Positions 49,948 through 63,387 are shown, counted from the stretch's first letter. The stretch is 64,000 bases of DNA from Squalus acanthias (GCA_030390025.1 CM059432.1:64172001-64236000), one strand, 5' to 3'. A program made the numbers and translations. Notes: generated by a model not told the origin, from the letters alone.

Positions 49948-50620
49948 GGGCCGGATATTCCGACCCCCACGGGTGCATACGAGGTGTGTACACACCCGTA
50001 GGGGCCTCGCAAGTGCCGGTTTCAGGCATGCGAAACGTATGCACTAAAACCCGGCACTTCCGATCTGTCATGAATTCTCTTGACAGATCATCTGCCTGCC
50101 CAGGAAAAGGGCCTCCGCGGGTGGAGAGTTCCGCTTTCTGCACAACCTCCGCCCGCTGAAAACCTTTAAAAATCTTATGCCTGGTAAAAGCAGTAAGGCA
50201 TAAGGCCTGCTTTTACCAGCATAAGAGTTTTAAAAATGTTTTTAACTTTTTTTTGACTCATCTTTATAATTTAAAAATACTTTAAAAAGGTAAGTTTATT
50301 TTTAGCCCTGTAAAAAACTTTAATTATTTTTGTTTAAAATATTTAATTTAATGTAATTTTAACTAATTTTAAATACGTGATTTAAAAAAAATTATTTAAT
50401 GTTTAACTGCGTTTTTAAATGTGATCCCCATTCATAAATTTGACAGATCTGTGCGTAAAGACCTGTCAAAAGTGTGCAGGGGGGTTCCCTTCTTTGATTG
50501 GTTCTCCATGGCCCACGTGATCCCAGCGACACTTGCGAACCGCATGAGCCCCTGGGATACCTGGGCCTCTGCGCATTTCGTTTCAACCAAGGTCAGTGAA
50601 GGCATCACAATCTGAGGATC
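49948..50620 (+). mobile_element. Partial Harbinger-type MITE
   Basis: Starts GGGCCGGATATT; shares internal blocks with 47833-48574 and 48619-49070. Confidence 0.55.
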
Positions 50621-50811
50621 AGCAGTGGGGGGAGGAAGGAATCTGTCGATAACCAGAAATCAAACCTTTTAATGTGAGTTGAACTTGAAAGAACAGAAAA
50701 TTTCAAGTTCCATTTTTTCTTAGTATTTGTACTAGCAATTGTGCTATAAAGTGAATTTACACACTGGAGTTTGAAACAGCTGAAACTAACACAAAAGGAT
50801 CCAATTTAGGT

Positions 50812-50999
50812 GTCATTCTTGGCTCAGTGGTAGCACTCTCGCCTCAGACAGAAGGTCGTAGGTTCAAGCTCCACTCCAGAAACCTGAGCACATAATCCAG
50901 GCTGGTATGTCAGTGTAGTGCTGAGGGAGGGCTGCACTGTCAGATGTGCCGTCTTTCAGATGAGATATTAAACTGAGGACCTGTCTGCCCTCCCAGGTG
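50812..50999 (+). mobile_element. tRNA-derived SINE, 5' part
   Basis: A box tggctcagtgg, B box ggttcaagct; body resembles Deu-domain shark SINEs (from memory). Confidence 0.75.
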
Positions 51000-51648
51000 T
51001 CTTTTGGAGGTCTCCTTCACCTATCAGCAGGGAACAGGACCTCCCTGCGTGCTCTCACTGCCTCCACCAGAGTATGCAGGGATGCGTCAGAAATCGTGGT
51101 GCAGCCCTCACCTTTGCCACACTCACCGTTGACTATCCATCATTGTTCGTTTAGAACAGTACTCAGCCCTTTGTATTTCAGCTTCCACACTCCTCTAGCA
51201 ACCTTCAAATGAGTTGAGTGCAAGGCTGCTTTAAGTATTGGCGCTGGAAGCGAGTCATCGATGACATCATCAGACCTGCTCCATTTAACTGGTCCGAGAA
51301 ATGCGCTTGACTGCTTTAAGTGGGGCCATTAAGTTAAAGTCATCCTGAAGAATGCACTGAGCAAAGCATTGCGTTCCCGACCCGCTACGCAGCCTATACG
51401 CTCCCGACCTGACTCCACGGTAAAAATTCCATCCCAAGTTTTTGTCAGACAATTGAATTTCTACTTTATTAACATTTTTCTAAACCACCCAAAACAGTCA
51501 AAACAGATTTTAGCACAGCTGTTGGCATGTTACAGTGATCAGCTCACTTGATTGTTTTATGATGCGGAGATGCCGGTGTTGGACTGGGGTGGACAAAAAT
51601 GAGAAGTCGCACAACACCAGGTTATAGTCCAACAGTTTTATTTGAAAT

Positions 51649-51683
51649 TACGAGCTTTCGGAGCGCTGCTCCTTCGTCAGGTA
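51649..51683 (-). ncRNA. Minimal hammerhead motif, family A
   Basis: Minus strand: tac-CTGACGA-a-ggagc(agc)gctcc-GAA-AGCT-C-gta. Confidence 0.8.
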
Positions 51684-51917
51684 CAGTGAGGGAATACAAA
51701 TCGGTTACAAAGTATATATAGACAGAGAACAATGTGTCTGCAGAGATACAATCCGTCAGGAGGCATTACATCAAAGACACAGCAGAGTACAGCTAAGACA
51801 ATGAGGTTGGGTTACAGGGGGTCCAACGTGTCAAATGCTGCAGTCTGCAGTTAAGCTTTTTACTTTTTTTTTAATAAAACTGGAAATCACATCTGTGAAC
51901 CAGACAACGACGTCGAG

Positions 51918-52517
51918 TCACGTCCTGTAGCGTGACATGAAACCGAGATCCCGGTTGAGGCCGTCCTCATGGGTGCGGAACTTAGCTATCAGTTTCTGCT
52001 CGATGATTTTGCGTTCTCGTGTGTCTCGAAGGCCGCCTTGGAGAACGCTAACCCGCAGATCCGAGGCTGAATGTCCTTGACTGCTGAAGTGTTCCCCGAC
52101 TGGGAGGTAACAATCCTGCCTGGCGATTGTTGCGCGGTGTCCGTTCATACGTTGTCTCAGTGTCTGCATGGTCTCGCCGATGTACCATGCTGCGGTGCAT
52201 TCTTTCCTGCAACGTATGAGGTAGACAATGTTGGCCGAGTCACATGAGTATGTACCATGTACCTGGTGGGTAGTGGCCTCACGTGTGATGATGGTATCTG
52301 TGTTGATGATCTGACATGTCTTGCAGAGGTTGCCGTGGCAGGGTTGTCTGGTGTCGTGGTCGCTGTTCTCCTGACAGCTGGGTAATTTGCTGCGAATGAT
52401 GGTACTTTTGAGGTTAGGCGGCTGCTTGAAGGCAAGTAGTGGAGGCGTGGGGATGGCCTTAGCAAGGTGTTCGTCGTCATCGATGACATGTTGAAGGCTG
52501 CGAAGAACATGGCGTAG
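51918..52517 (-). pseudogene. Penelope linker plus GIY-YIG endonuclease, left arm
   Basis: Mirror of 52527-53126. Confidence 0.9.
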
Positions 52518-52526
52518 TTTCTCCGG

Positions 52527-53126
52527 CTACGCCATGTTCTTCGCAGCCTTCAACATGTCATCGATGATGACGAACACCTTGCTAAGGCCATCCCCACGCC
52601 TCCACTACTCGCCTTCAAGCAGCCGCCTAACCTCAAAAGTACCATCATTCGCAGCAAATTACCCAGCTGTCAGGAGAACAGCGACCACGACACCACACAA
52701 CCCTGCCACGGCAACCTCTGCAAGACATGCCAGACCATCAACACAGATACCATCATCACACGTGAGGACACTACCCACCAGGTACATGGTACATACTCAT
52801 GTGACTCGGCCAACGTTGTCTACCTCATACGTTGCAGGAAAGAATGCACCGCAGCATGGTACATCGGCGAGACCATGCAGACACTGAGACAACGTATGAA
52901 CGGACACTGCGCAACAATCGCCAGGCAGGATTGTTACCTCCCAGTCGGGGAACACTTCAGCAGTCAAGGACATTCAGCCTCGGATCCGGGGGTTAGCGTT
53001 CTCCAAGGCGGCCTTCGAGACACACGACAACGCAAAATCATCGAGCAGAAACTGATAGCTAAGTTCCGCACCCATGAGGACGGCCTCAACCGGGATCTCG
53101 GTTTCATGTCATGCTACAGGACGTGA
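52527..53126 (+). pseudogene. Penelope linker plus GIY-YIG endonuclease, right arm, 5'-truncated
   Basis: LRHVLRSLQH...PLLAFKQPPNLK...PCHGNLCKTC...VVYLIRC...WYIGET...GLN; the Cys-rich linker suggests the Neptune group. Confidence 0.9.
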
Positions 53127-53358
53127 CTCGATGTCATTGTCTGGTTCACAGATGTGATTTCCAGTTTTTAAAAAAAAGTAAAAAGCTTAACTGCAGACTG
53201 CAGCATTTGGCACGTTGGATCCCCTGTGACCCCACCTCATTGTCTTAGCTGTACTCTGCTGTGTCTTTGATGTAATGCCTCCCTGACGGATTGTATCTCT
53301 GCAGACACATTGTTCTCTGTCTATATATACTTTGTAACCGATTTGTATTCTCTCACTG

Positions 53359-53393
53359 TACCTGATGAAGGAGCAGCGCTCCGAAAGCTCGTA
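53359..53393 (+). ncRNA. Minimal hammerhead motif, family A
   Basis: tac-CTGATGA-a-ggagc(agc)gctcc-GAA-AGCT-C-gta. Confidence 0.82.
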
Positions 53394-54243
53394 ATTTCAA
53401 ATAAAACTGTTGGACTATAACCTGGTGTTGTGCGACTTCTCATTTTTGATTGTTTTAATCATTGCAATGTCCCCCTATTTTCTTCCCTCTCCAACATTCA
53501 TACTTAGCTCCCCCTTGCACTTACCAATGTTCTATTTCTTGGCAGGGAGACTGGATGACTCAACTGGTAAGCCTGCTAATATCGCTACAGACTCTGTGAC
53601 TGGCATTCCTTGTTGGCTGTGCCAGAAGATATACCTGAGTAGTGAGGGAAAGGTGTGCTTTGTTAATTTTCCCATCTTTCCATTAAAGTATTATTTATAT
53701 ATTTATTAATTCCAGTAAATGAAATGGCTTAATTGGATAAACCATGGTTGGTTTGGGCAGCAGTCCTTTAGTGACTTAACTAAGAGTTAACAAATGATAA
53801 CTAAGTGAACAGATTCAAGCAGCAACAGCAATTGAACCTGAGAGATCAATCTACTGCCGCTTATACTCGGCCAACTTGTATGGTATCAATTTATGATGTT
53901 GTTGAGTTCGGGGTTATCTTGTTGGGCCATAATCTTGCTGTCTGATCTGCAGACAAGAAAACTAGTTGAGCAGCAGGACTCTGCTATTTGGTGTGGGGGA
54001 TTGATCGGTTTATATCTATGGCCACTAGGTCTTAACTGGTAAAAAAAATCCTTTGGAGCATGTTTTCAGCCAATCAAAGCTGAATTATTTAGATTTGGTT
54101 CCCTCCTCAAATTAGTGATCAGCCCCAAAAGCCCAAGGAAATCAGGTAAGTAGGATAAGGGTTGTGAGCACCACTTACAGGAGTGACCAGTGACACTGAG
54201 CCAGAGAGTACATTTAGCACAAAAACATGAAAGGTGTGACAAT

Positions 54244-54819
54244 GGCCCTGATATTTACAGGGGAGGTGACGGGGGAGCATATTTGTGGGCGGGAAATGCT
54301 TGGAACGCGGAGGTGCTGCTGAATTTAATGGCAGGACTTTATCATCATTTTTTAAACTCTAAATTAACAGACTGGCGACTGCCGGGTGGGAAAGCCAGCG
54401 GTCGTCCCCAGCAATTGGGAAACATCGCGGGTTGGTGGGGGTGGGCTGGACTGGCAATCTGGAGGGAGGGGGGACCGGGAGAGAACGCGGGGTTGGTGGG
54501 TGTGGGGGTGGGACCAGTAATCGGGAGATGGGGTGGGGGGGGACCAGGAGAGATCACGGGGTTGGTGGGATGGGAGGATCGGCCACTCGCGGCAGAAGAT
54601 TTGCTTGAGGCCCTGGGGGGAACATTCCTGCTTCTCCTGGACCAGAAGCAGTAATCGGCTGCTCCCGTTTCCCTTTAGCTTCCAGGTTTCCCGAGCCCTG
54701 AGAAACCCATGCAGGAAGCATTAAATTCAAATCGCTGCCAAAATATCAGGAACAGAGCCTCATTTACATATTATAATTATGGACCTGCCTCTTCAGTTGT
54801 GGGGGATTAAAATTTCCCC
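54244..54819 (+). mobile_element. Harbinger-type MITE
   Basis: GGCCCTGATATTT ... AAAATTTCCCC; TSD AAT; related to 17644 and 46883. Confidence 0.7.
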
Positions 54820-55539
54820 AATGTCTCGTGAACAATTACCACCTCAAAACCTTTAAGAGCAACTTAGGAAATATACATGGGTGGACAAAAAGCTGTTTCT
54901 GTTTCCTGGACCATGACATCTATTGCTGGAGGATTGTAAGAGAAACAATTAAGATAACTAAATAAATAATTGGTTAACTCAATTTAATATTGATTTTTGG
55001 TGAATGAATTTTTGGCACATGTTTCATTTATTGAGTTGAAGCCCACTAGCAATTCAAGTAATTCTAGAAAATTGGACTGGGCGGTGATTGATTTAAAAAA
55101 AAATGAATGTAAAACCTACTGTGAAGGCTGAGAGATTCAACAACAAAAGGTGGGTCCTTCACAGCTAAAAGCATGTAATCTGAGGAAATTTGCATCTCCA
55201 TATCCAGCTGCCACAGGAAAGTGAGCACCAGATAGAGGAACGCAGTAAGATTTCGTGGACAATAAGTCCCTTTCCTTGCCTTGAACCGCAGCAGGTTTTT
55301 GACATTCAGTTTTGTTTCTTTATGGTCATTTGCAAATCTTCCACATTTTCTCTTCCAAATGATTTTATAGGAATTCATTTCTGAAATGCTTTATATTCAG
55401 CACTGGACAAAGCTCCACTGGGAATTTGTAAACAGAAAACAAAGAACTTAAAGAACATATTGGTTCCTGATGTAATGTTATTAAATAAGAAATGCTCCTT
55501 TAAGTCCAAAGGATACAGACTTGAATGTTTATGGCATTC

Positions 55540-58401
55540 TCGCCAGATCTGACTGGACCACATAAAGCACTATTGGGACCTGCTCTCCTCTGCCAAATCT
55601 GCTCATTATTCCAGGATCATCCTGGAATGCAATTGGCTTATATTCTCCACTGCAAACCATCTTCTTAAACTCCTCTCCCCTGCCTCCTCCATCCTCATCT
55701 CCAACAAGAAGTGTGAGGAGCTTACGGACTTCTTTGTCACTAAGATTGAGACCATCCATTGAGCTAATTTGCTCCCTTCCCCTAGCCCACCCAACCAAAC
55801 TTCCCCATAGGTTCCCACTGCCCTAGCCCTGAACTCGCATCTTTCTCTAGTTTCTCTCCTATCTCCCTTCATGCCCTCTCCAAGCTCATCTTGTCCATGA
55901 AACCTACTTCATGCTCCCTCATCCCTATTCCCATCAAACTGCTGCCCGCCCCCCTCCCCCCCTCCCCCCCCGCCAGCTTCCCTTCCTGGCCCCCATGTTA
56001 GCTGATATTGTTAACAGTTCCCTCTCCTCAGGTACTGTCCCGTCCCAATCAAATCTTTCCCAAATCTCCATATTTGAACCCCTCCAATCAGGTTTCCAAC
56101 CCTGCCGCAGCACTGAAACGGCTCTTATCAAAGTCACAAATGGCATCCTCTATGACTGTGACCATGGTAAACTGTCCCTTCTCATCCTTCTTGACCTGTC
56201 TGCAGTCGTTGACATGGTTGACCACACCATCCTCCCCCAACACCTCTCCTCCGTTGTCCAGCTGGCTGGGACTGCCCTCGCCTAGTTCCATTCCTATCTA
56301 TCCAGTCATAGCCAGAGAATCATCGGTTTCTCTTCCAGCACTGTTACCTCAGGAGTCCCCCAAGGATCTATCCTTGGCCCCCTCTTATTTCTCATCTACA
56401 TGCTGTACCTTGACAACCTCATCTGAAAAAACATCAGGTTCCCCATGTACACTGACGACAACCAGCTCTACCTCACCACCACCACCACCTCCCTCGACGC
56501 CTCCACTGCTTCTGATTTGTCATCCTACTTGTCCGACATCTAATATTTGATGAGTAGCAATTTCCTCTCATTAAATACTGGGAAGACCAAAGTCATTGGG
56601 CTGAGATTTCCGGGGTGGTAACGGGCGCGAATGGTGGTGGGTCGGGGGTTCGAAAGTTGTTATTTTTGACTGGGTCAGGAACCCGCTGCCATCTCGCTCC
56701 CATGTGCCTTTCCCCCAGGCGCGCCTGTCATCGCAGAGCCGACCTGACTGGCAGTGACGGGTGACCCAATTGAAATGATCATCAGGTAGTTTGCAGGCAC
56801 TTAAGAGCCTTTTTTCACTTACTTTTTAAATTTCCCTGCATGGCCACAGGATTCACACAGCTCGGGAACCACGTCTGTCAACCTGTGGCGGGAGTTCCGT
56901 GGCCATTGCTCCAGCTGATTACCCGACAGCATGAAAAACAAAAGGAATTTGGACATGAGTCTAGGTTCGGATCGGTCATGGCCCTGTGGGTAGTGGAGCG
57001 GGCCCAGGGACCGTGTAGGCTGATTCTGCTCCTATTTCGTGTGTGCAATTCTGTTAGATGCAGGAGATGGTTCTGTGATAGTAGATAGTAGATTGGCGGT
57101 TAGGATCAGATCAGCCATGATCTTATTGAATGGCGGAGCAGGCTCGAGGGGCCGATTGGCCTACTCCTGCTCCTATTTCTTATGTTCTTATGTTAAACCA
57201 AAATGAAAACATGTTGATTACATCAGCTGACAGATTGATGGAGATCCTGTTCTACTTGAAAAGCTACTGGTAAATGTTAGTTCAGAAATTCCTGAAGGGA
57301 TGTGAGTGCTGAAGGCTCCCCTCCTACCCTGGATGGTGAGGGAAATACACTTTTCACTGGCCATTCTCGGCTGTTGCCTTCCAACTCAACACTAATTGCA
57401 GTGAATTGTTCTGCACTATAAAAAAATAAATATACCATTTATATAAATTTTTGTGTTGTTTCTGGTCAGGTTTTTCTAACAGTATACTGTGATTGCCCAG
57501 TTACAGGTTAAATCAAGTCATCAACTGTAACAATTTAATTCTCATCACTCATTCGACTGGTTCAATTTGCTTTCAGTCCCTGAATATAACTAATTTAATT
57601 TTTCAGTCTGAGACTTAAGGGTTGAATTTCTGCAGAGGATCTCTCATTTGTCCATTGTTAACGTCAACGGAAGAGCTGCAGAAATCCCTGAAACACATAA
57701 GCACCACTTATACTGTTTATCAGGGTTTCCGCAGCTCTTCCGCTGAACTTGCATAAGATTGTAAATCCACCCTTTACAATTACATTTAAAATCTGCTTAA
57801 TTTTATATATTACCAATACACACACATCTTTTATTTGTACCAATTACTGATACAAAAGTCGATAGATTTGTGACTAAGGAACCAATAACTTCCCAATTAA
57901 TGTACTGTTTTAATTATGTTCTTGATCATATTTGTAGATGATGTCATATTACTTAATGATAATATTATTTAAATATTTCTTTGTCATTCATATGTAACTT
58001 ATTATTTTATTGTAGAGTAAAAATTCAGCACCCACTTTGTTATATTAAACTTCAAATCCAATGTGGCCATGGTCCCTTTAAAGATCCCGGCTGAAAACGC
58101 GTCATGAATGACGTCACCAGGCCCAGCTCCATCTCATTGGGTCGGGTAACGCGCTGGGCGGGCTGAATAGGCCCCATTAAGGTAAGTTCATTTTCAACAG
58201 CGAGATGGAGCCAGCAGCGGGGTCGGGACCTGCCACGGACACCGCCCGCACCGGGACCCGTCCAGGTAGGCAAAATTCCGGCCAGTATCTTTGATCCCCA
58301 CCAGAAACTCCTTTCTCTGATCACTGACATCATCCCTCTCCCTGGCAACTGCCTGAGGCTGAACCAGACCGTTCACAACCATGGCATCCGATTTGACCCG
58401 A
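55540..58401 (+). mobile_element. Decayed L2 RT fragment in two pieces (55540-56597 and 58284-58401)
   Basis: [37 protein letters not shown]; resumes after an insertion. Confidence 0.88.
56598..58283. mobile_element. Harbinger-type composite insertion containing a CR1 tail (about 57060-57195) and a small palindromic MITE (about 57618-57772)
   Basis: Ends GGGCTGAGATTT / AAATTCCGGCC precisely interrupt the L2. Confidence 0.55.
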
Positions 58402-59365
58402 TTTATGGGATCTGGGCATTGCTGGCACGGCCAGCATTTATTGCCCATCCCTAGTTGCCCTTGAGAAGGTGGTGGTGAGCCGCCTTCCTGAACCGCTGCA
58501 GTCCGTGTGGTGAAGGTACTCCCACAGTGCTGTTAGGTAGGGAGTTCCAGGATTTTGACCCGGCGACGATGAAGGATCGGCGATATACTTCTAAGTCAGG
58601 ATGGTGTGTGATTTGGAGGGGAACTTGGAAGTGGTGGTGTTCCCATGCACCTGCTGCCCTTGTCTTTCTAGGTGGAAGAGGTCGTGGGTTTGGGAGGTGC
58701 TGCCGAAGAAGCCTTTGCAAATTGCTGCAGTGCATCTTGTAGATGGTACACACTGCAGCCACAGTACGCCGGTGGTGGAGGGAGTGAAAGTTTAAGGTGA
58801 TGGATGGAGTGCCAATCAAGTGGGCTGCTTTGTCCTGGATGGTTTTGAGCTACTTGAGTGTTGTTGGAGCTGCACTCATCCAGGCAAGTGGAGAGTATTC
58901 ATCACACTCCTTACTTGTGCGTTGTAGATGGTGGAAAGGCTTTGGGGAGTCAGGAGGTGAGACACTTGCCGCAGAATACCTAGCCTCTGACCTGCTCTTG
59001 TTGCCACAGTATTTATGTGGCTGGTCCAGTTAAGTTTCTGGTCAATGGTGACCCCCAGGATATTGATGGTGGGGGATTCGGCGATGGTAATGCCGTTGAA
59101 TGTCAAGGGGCGGTGGTTAGAATCTCGCTTGTTGGAGATAGTCATTGCCTGGCACTTCTGTGGCGCGAATGTTACCTGCCACTTATCAGCCCAATCCTGA
59201 ACGTCATCCAGGTCTTGTTGCATGTGGGCATGGACTGCTTCATTATCTGAGGAGTTGTGAATGGTGCTGAACACTGTGCAGTCATCAGTGAACATCCCCA
59301 TTTCTAACCTTATGTTGGAGGGAAGGTCATTGATGAAGCAACTGAAGATGGTTGGACCTAGGACC
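58402..59365 (-). mobile_element. 5'-truncated CR1-group LINE, second family
   Basis: MFTDDC, WQVTFAPQKC, LGVTIDQKLNW, SKSWNSLP. Confidence 0.9.
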
Positions 59366-59889
59366 CTACATTACCACTACTGTTTGGGGTCCTATAAACA
59401 ACTCCCACCAATGTTTTCTGCCCCTTGCTGTTTCTTAGCTCCACCTAAACTGATTCTACTTCTTGATTTTCAGAGCTAAGATCCTCTCTCCTGTCTTTAT
59501 CCCATCCTTTATTATCAGGGCGTCTTTTCCATTTTGCCAATCTCTTCTAAAAGTTAAGGGTCTTCTAAGAGTATGTTGACTCCCGTGATTTTTAAAGTGA
59601 CTGGACAGAAAATTCCCAGATTCCCTGATGGGTAAAGCACCATGCTGGGAAAGCGATCTTGTAAAAAATATCTCCTAAATCAGCAATCCCACTCAGAGAG
59701 GCCACAGGGTGGCTCCTGTGGGAATGGACAAACGTTACACTGGTACAGTAAGGGTTCGAAGTGGTAGATACTACAGTCCTGATATTACCATCTATTTTTA
59801 TGCTGGACAAATTGGGTGCATTGACCTACATGTAAGATTTTCCAACCCAGGCTCTGGGTGAGTGAAACCCCGTTCTGCGGCAGAGTCTT

Positions 59890-60030
59890 GCAATTTGAGA
59901 GAAATGTAGAGGAACAGAGGGACCTCGGAGTGCATGTCCACAGATCCCTGAAGGTAGCAGGACAGGTAAATAAGGTGGTTAAGAAGGCACACGGGATGCT
60001 TTCCTTTATTACCTGAGGCATAGAATATAA
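59890..60030 (+). mobile_element. CR1 fragment
   Basis: gaacagagggacctcggagtgcatgtccacagatccctgaagg encodes QRDLGVHVHRSLK. Confidence 0.75.
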
Positions 60031-61515
60031 GAACATAAGATGTAGGAGCAGGAGTAGGTCATTTGGCCCCTTGAGCCTGCTCCGCCGTTCAATAAGATCA
60101 TGGCTGATCTGATCTTGGCCTCAACTCCACTTCCCTGCCCGCTCCCCATAACCCTCGACTCCCTTACCATTCAAAAATCTGTCTATCTTAAATATGTTCA
60201 ATGACCCAGCCTCCACAGCTCTCTGGGGAAGAGAATTCCATAGATTCACGACTCTCTGAGAGAAGAAATTCCTCCTCATTTCCGTTTTAAATGGGTGCCC
60301 CCTTATTCTGAAATTATGCCCCCAGTTCTAGATTCCCCCGCGAGGGGAAACATTCTCTCTGCATCTACCCTGTTAAGCCCCTTCAGAATCTTATATGTTT
60401 CAATAAGCTCCCTCACATTCTTCTAAACTCCAATGAGTATAGACCCAACCTACTCAACCATTCTTCATAAGACAAACCCTTCATCTCCAGAATCAACCTC
60501 ATGAACCTTCTCTGAACTGCCTCCAATGCAAGTATATCCTTCCTTAAATAAGGAGACCAAAACTGTACACAGTACTCCAGGTGTGGTCTCACCAATGCCC
60601 TGTACAGTTGTAACAGGACTTCCCTACTTTTATACTCCATTCCCTTTGCAATAAAGGCTAACATTCCATTTGCCATCCTAATTTCTTGCTGTACCTGCAT
60701 GCTAACTTTTTGTGATTCATGTACAAGGACCCCCAGATCCCTCTGTACCTCAGCATTTTGTAATCTCTCCCAATTTAAATAATAATTTGCTTTTTTATTT
60801 TTCCTACCAAAGTGGATAACCTCGCATTTTCCCACATTATACTCCATCTGCCAGATTTTTGCCCACTCACTTAGCCTATCTATATCAGCCTATCTATATC
60901 CCTTTGGAGATTCTTTGTTTCCTCCACACTATTTGCTCCGACCTATCTTTGTATCATCAGCAAATTTGGCTACATTATACTCGGTCCCTTCATCCAAGTC
61001 ATTAATATAGATTGTAAATAGTTGAGGCCCCAACACTGATCCCTGCGGCACCCCACTAGTTACAGTTTGCCAACCTGAAAATGACCCATTTATCCCGACT
61101 CTCTGTTTTCTGTTAGTTAATCCTCCACCCATGCTAATATATTATCTCCAACCCTGTGAGCTCTTATCTTGTGCAGTAACCTTTTATGTGGCACCTTATC
61201 GAATGCCTTCTGGAAATCCAAATACACACCATCTACTGGTTCCCCTTTATCCACCCTGCTTGTTACATCCTCAAAGAACTCGAGCAAATTTGTCAAATAT
61301 GATTTCCCTTTCATAAAACCATGCTGACTCTGCTTGACTATATTAGGATTTTCTAAATGTCCTGCTACCACTTCCTTTATGATAGACTCCAGCATTTTCC
61401 CAATGACAGATGTTAGGGTAACTGGTCTACAGTTGCCTGCGTTCTGTCTCCCTCCTTTCTTAAATAGGGGCGTTACATTTGTGGTTTTCCGGTCCGCTGG
61501 GACCTCTCTAGAATC
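60031..61515 (-). mobile_element. 5'-truncated CR1
   Basis: [48 protein letters not shown]. Confidence 0.95.
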
Positions 61516-61664
61516 ACCACTGGTCTTCATGCTGCAGTCTGGTAATAATAGATTCTCTCAACTAGTCGGAACCACTTGACACCACTACCATGGGAATTAC
61601 AGTCCTCACTGACTCATTCTTCCTTTATTATTTCAACAATAGTGATTATCAAAATAATAATAAT

Positions 61665-62471
61665 TAAAATCCATGACGAGGCCTTGGACAACGTGAACCA
61701 CATTCCATACCTCGGGAGCCTACTGTCAACGAGGGCAGACGTCGATGACGAAGTCCAACACCGCCTTCAGTATGCCAGTGCAGCCTTCGGTCGCCTGAGG
61801 AAGAGACTGTTTGAAGACCAGGACCTCAAACCCAGCACCAAGCTCATGGTCTACAGAGCAGTAGTGATACCCACCCTCCTGTATGCTTCAGAGACATGGA
61901 CCATGTACAGCAGGCGCCTCAAAGCACTGAAGAGGTACCACCAACGCTGCCTCCGCAAGATCCTGCAAATCCACGTCAATGTTCTCGCTCAGGCCAACAT
62001 CCCCAGCATCGAAACTTTGACCACGCTCGATCAGCTCCGATGGACGGGCCACATCGTCCGCATGCCCGATACGAGACTCCCAAAGCAAGCGCTCTACTTG
62101 GAGCTCTGACATGGCAAGAGAGCCCCAGGTGGGCAGAGGAAACGCTTCAAGGACACCCTCAAAGCCTCCTTGAAAAAGTGCAACATCCCCACCGACACCT
62201 GGGAATCCCTGGCCCAAGACCGCACAAAGTGGAGGAGAAGCATCTGGGAAGGCGCCGAACACCTCGAGTCTCTTCGCCGGGAGCAAGCAGAAGCCAAGCG
62301 CAAGGAGCGCACGTCAACCCAAGCACTCCACCCACCCCTTCAACCACTGTCTGCCCCACCTGTGACAGAGACTGTAGGTCCCGCATTGGACTCATACGTC
62401 ACCCGAGAACTCATTTTTAATGTGGAAGCAAGTCATCCTTGGTTACGAAGGACTGCCTAAGAAGAAGAAGA
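61665..62471 (+). mobile_element. 5'-truncated RTE-clade LINE
   Basis: YLGS, ASAAFGRLRKR, VYRAVVIPTLLYASETW, LRWTGHIVRM, C-terminal CPTC...IGL..H..TH; (AAG)n tail. Confidence 0.9.
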
Positions 62472-62905
62472 GTGACAACAGAGTCTGACACATTTTTGCA
62501 CAGCTTGAAATCACACTCTGTGATATTAGTAACGAGCACGCTAACCCATTGCCACATTTCAGCATTTGGAAAAAGCGTTTCTTTTAATGGGTTTTTAAAT
62601 GGAATGTGTATTCGCACAAATATGAAAAATAGAGCACCAAGATGACGGGTGGTTAATAAACTGAATGTATATCCAGAGACTTGACAATAAACAACTTGCT
62701 AGCTTGTCTAGGTAATCACAAAGCACCTCTCACCTATTGTATTGTAAACCTCTTTGACCTCTTTGAGGCGAGGGTTAAAAAAAGAGACACAGATACAAAG
62801 GCTGGCTTTTAGAATCAGGATGCGGAGATGCCGGTGTTGGACTGGGGTGGACAAAATTGAGAGGTCGCACAACACCAGGTTATAGTCCAACAGTTTTATT
62901 TGAAA

Positions 62906-62947
62906 TCACAAGCTTTCGGAGCTATCGATTGCTCCTTCCTCAGGTGA
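62906..62947 (-). ncRNA. Minimal hammerhead motif, family A
   Basis: Minus strand: tcac-CTGAGGA-a-ggagc(aatcgata)gctcc-GAA-AGCT-T-gtga. Confidence 0.78.
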
Positions 62948-63387
62948 AGTAAATTAGATACAGAATCGCCAAAGCATATATAGATAGAAAACAAAGCATG
63001 TGTACCTTACAATTGCAGACCACTAAATTAAATCATCCTGACTATCTGCCGAGGTGTGATAAAGTTAATTAAGTCAGCCAGGAAGGTACCACATCAAAGA
63101 CATAGCAAGATACAACTGAGACAATGAGGTGTAGTAAAAATTTTAAAGCTTTTCGTTTTACATACAGACGGCAGCTTTTGACATGTTAGAACCCCTGCGA
63201 CTACACCTCATTGTCTCAGTTGTATCTTGCTATGTCTTTGATGTGGTACCTTCCTGGCTGACTTAATTAACTTTATCACACCTCGGCAGATAGTCAGGAT
63301 GATTTAATTTAGTGGTCTGCAATTGTAAGGTACACATGCTTTGTTTTCTATCTATATATGCTTTGACGATTCTGTATCTAATTTACT

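Larger units (their letters stand above)
51560..53448. mobile_element. Penelope-like element as a 1.9 kb near-perfect palindrome
   Basis: Arms 51594-52517 and 52527-53448, 9 nt spacer; extra tail 51560-51593; TSD TTGATTGTTTTA at 51548-51559 and 53446-53457. Confidence 0.95.

Noticed and set aside
50812..50885. tRNA gene
   Set aside because: A and B boxes run on into a SINE body; no clean cloverleaf or terminator.
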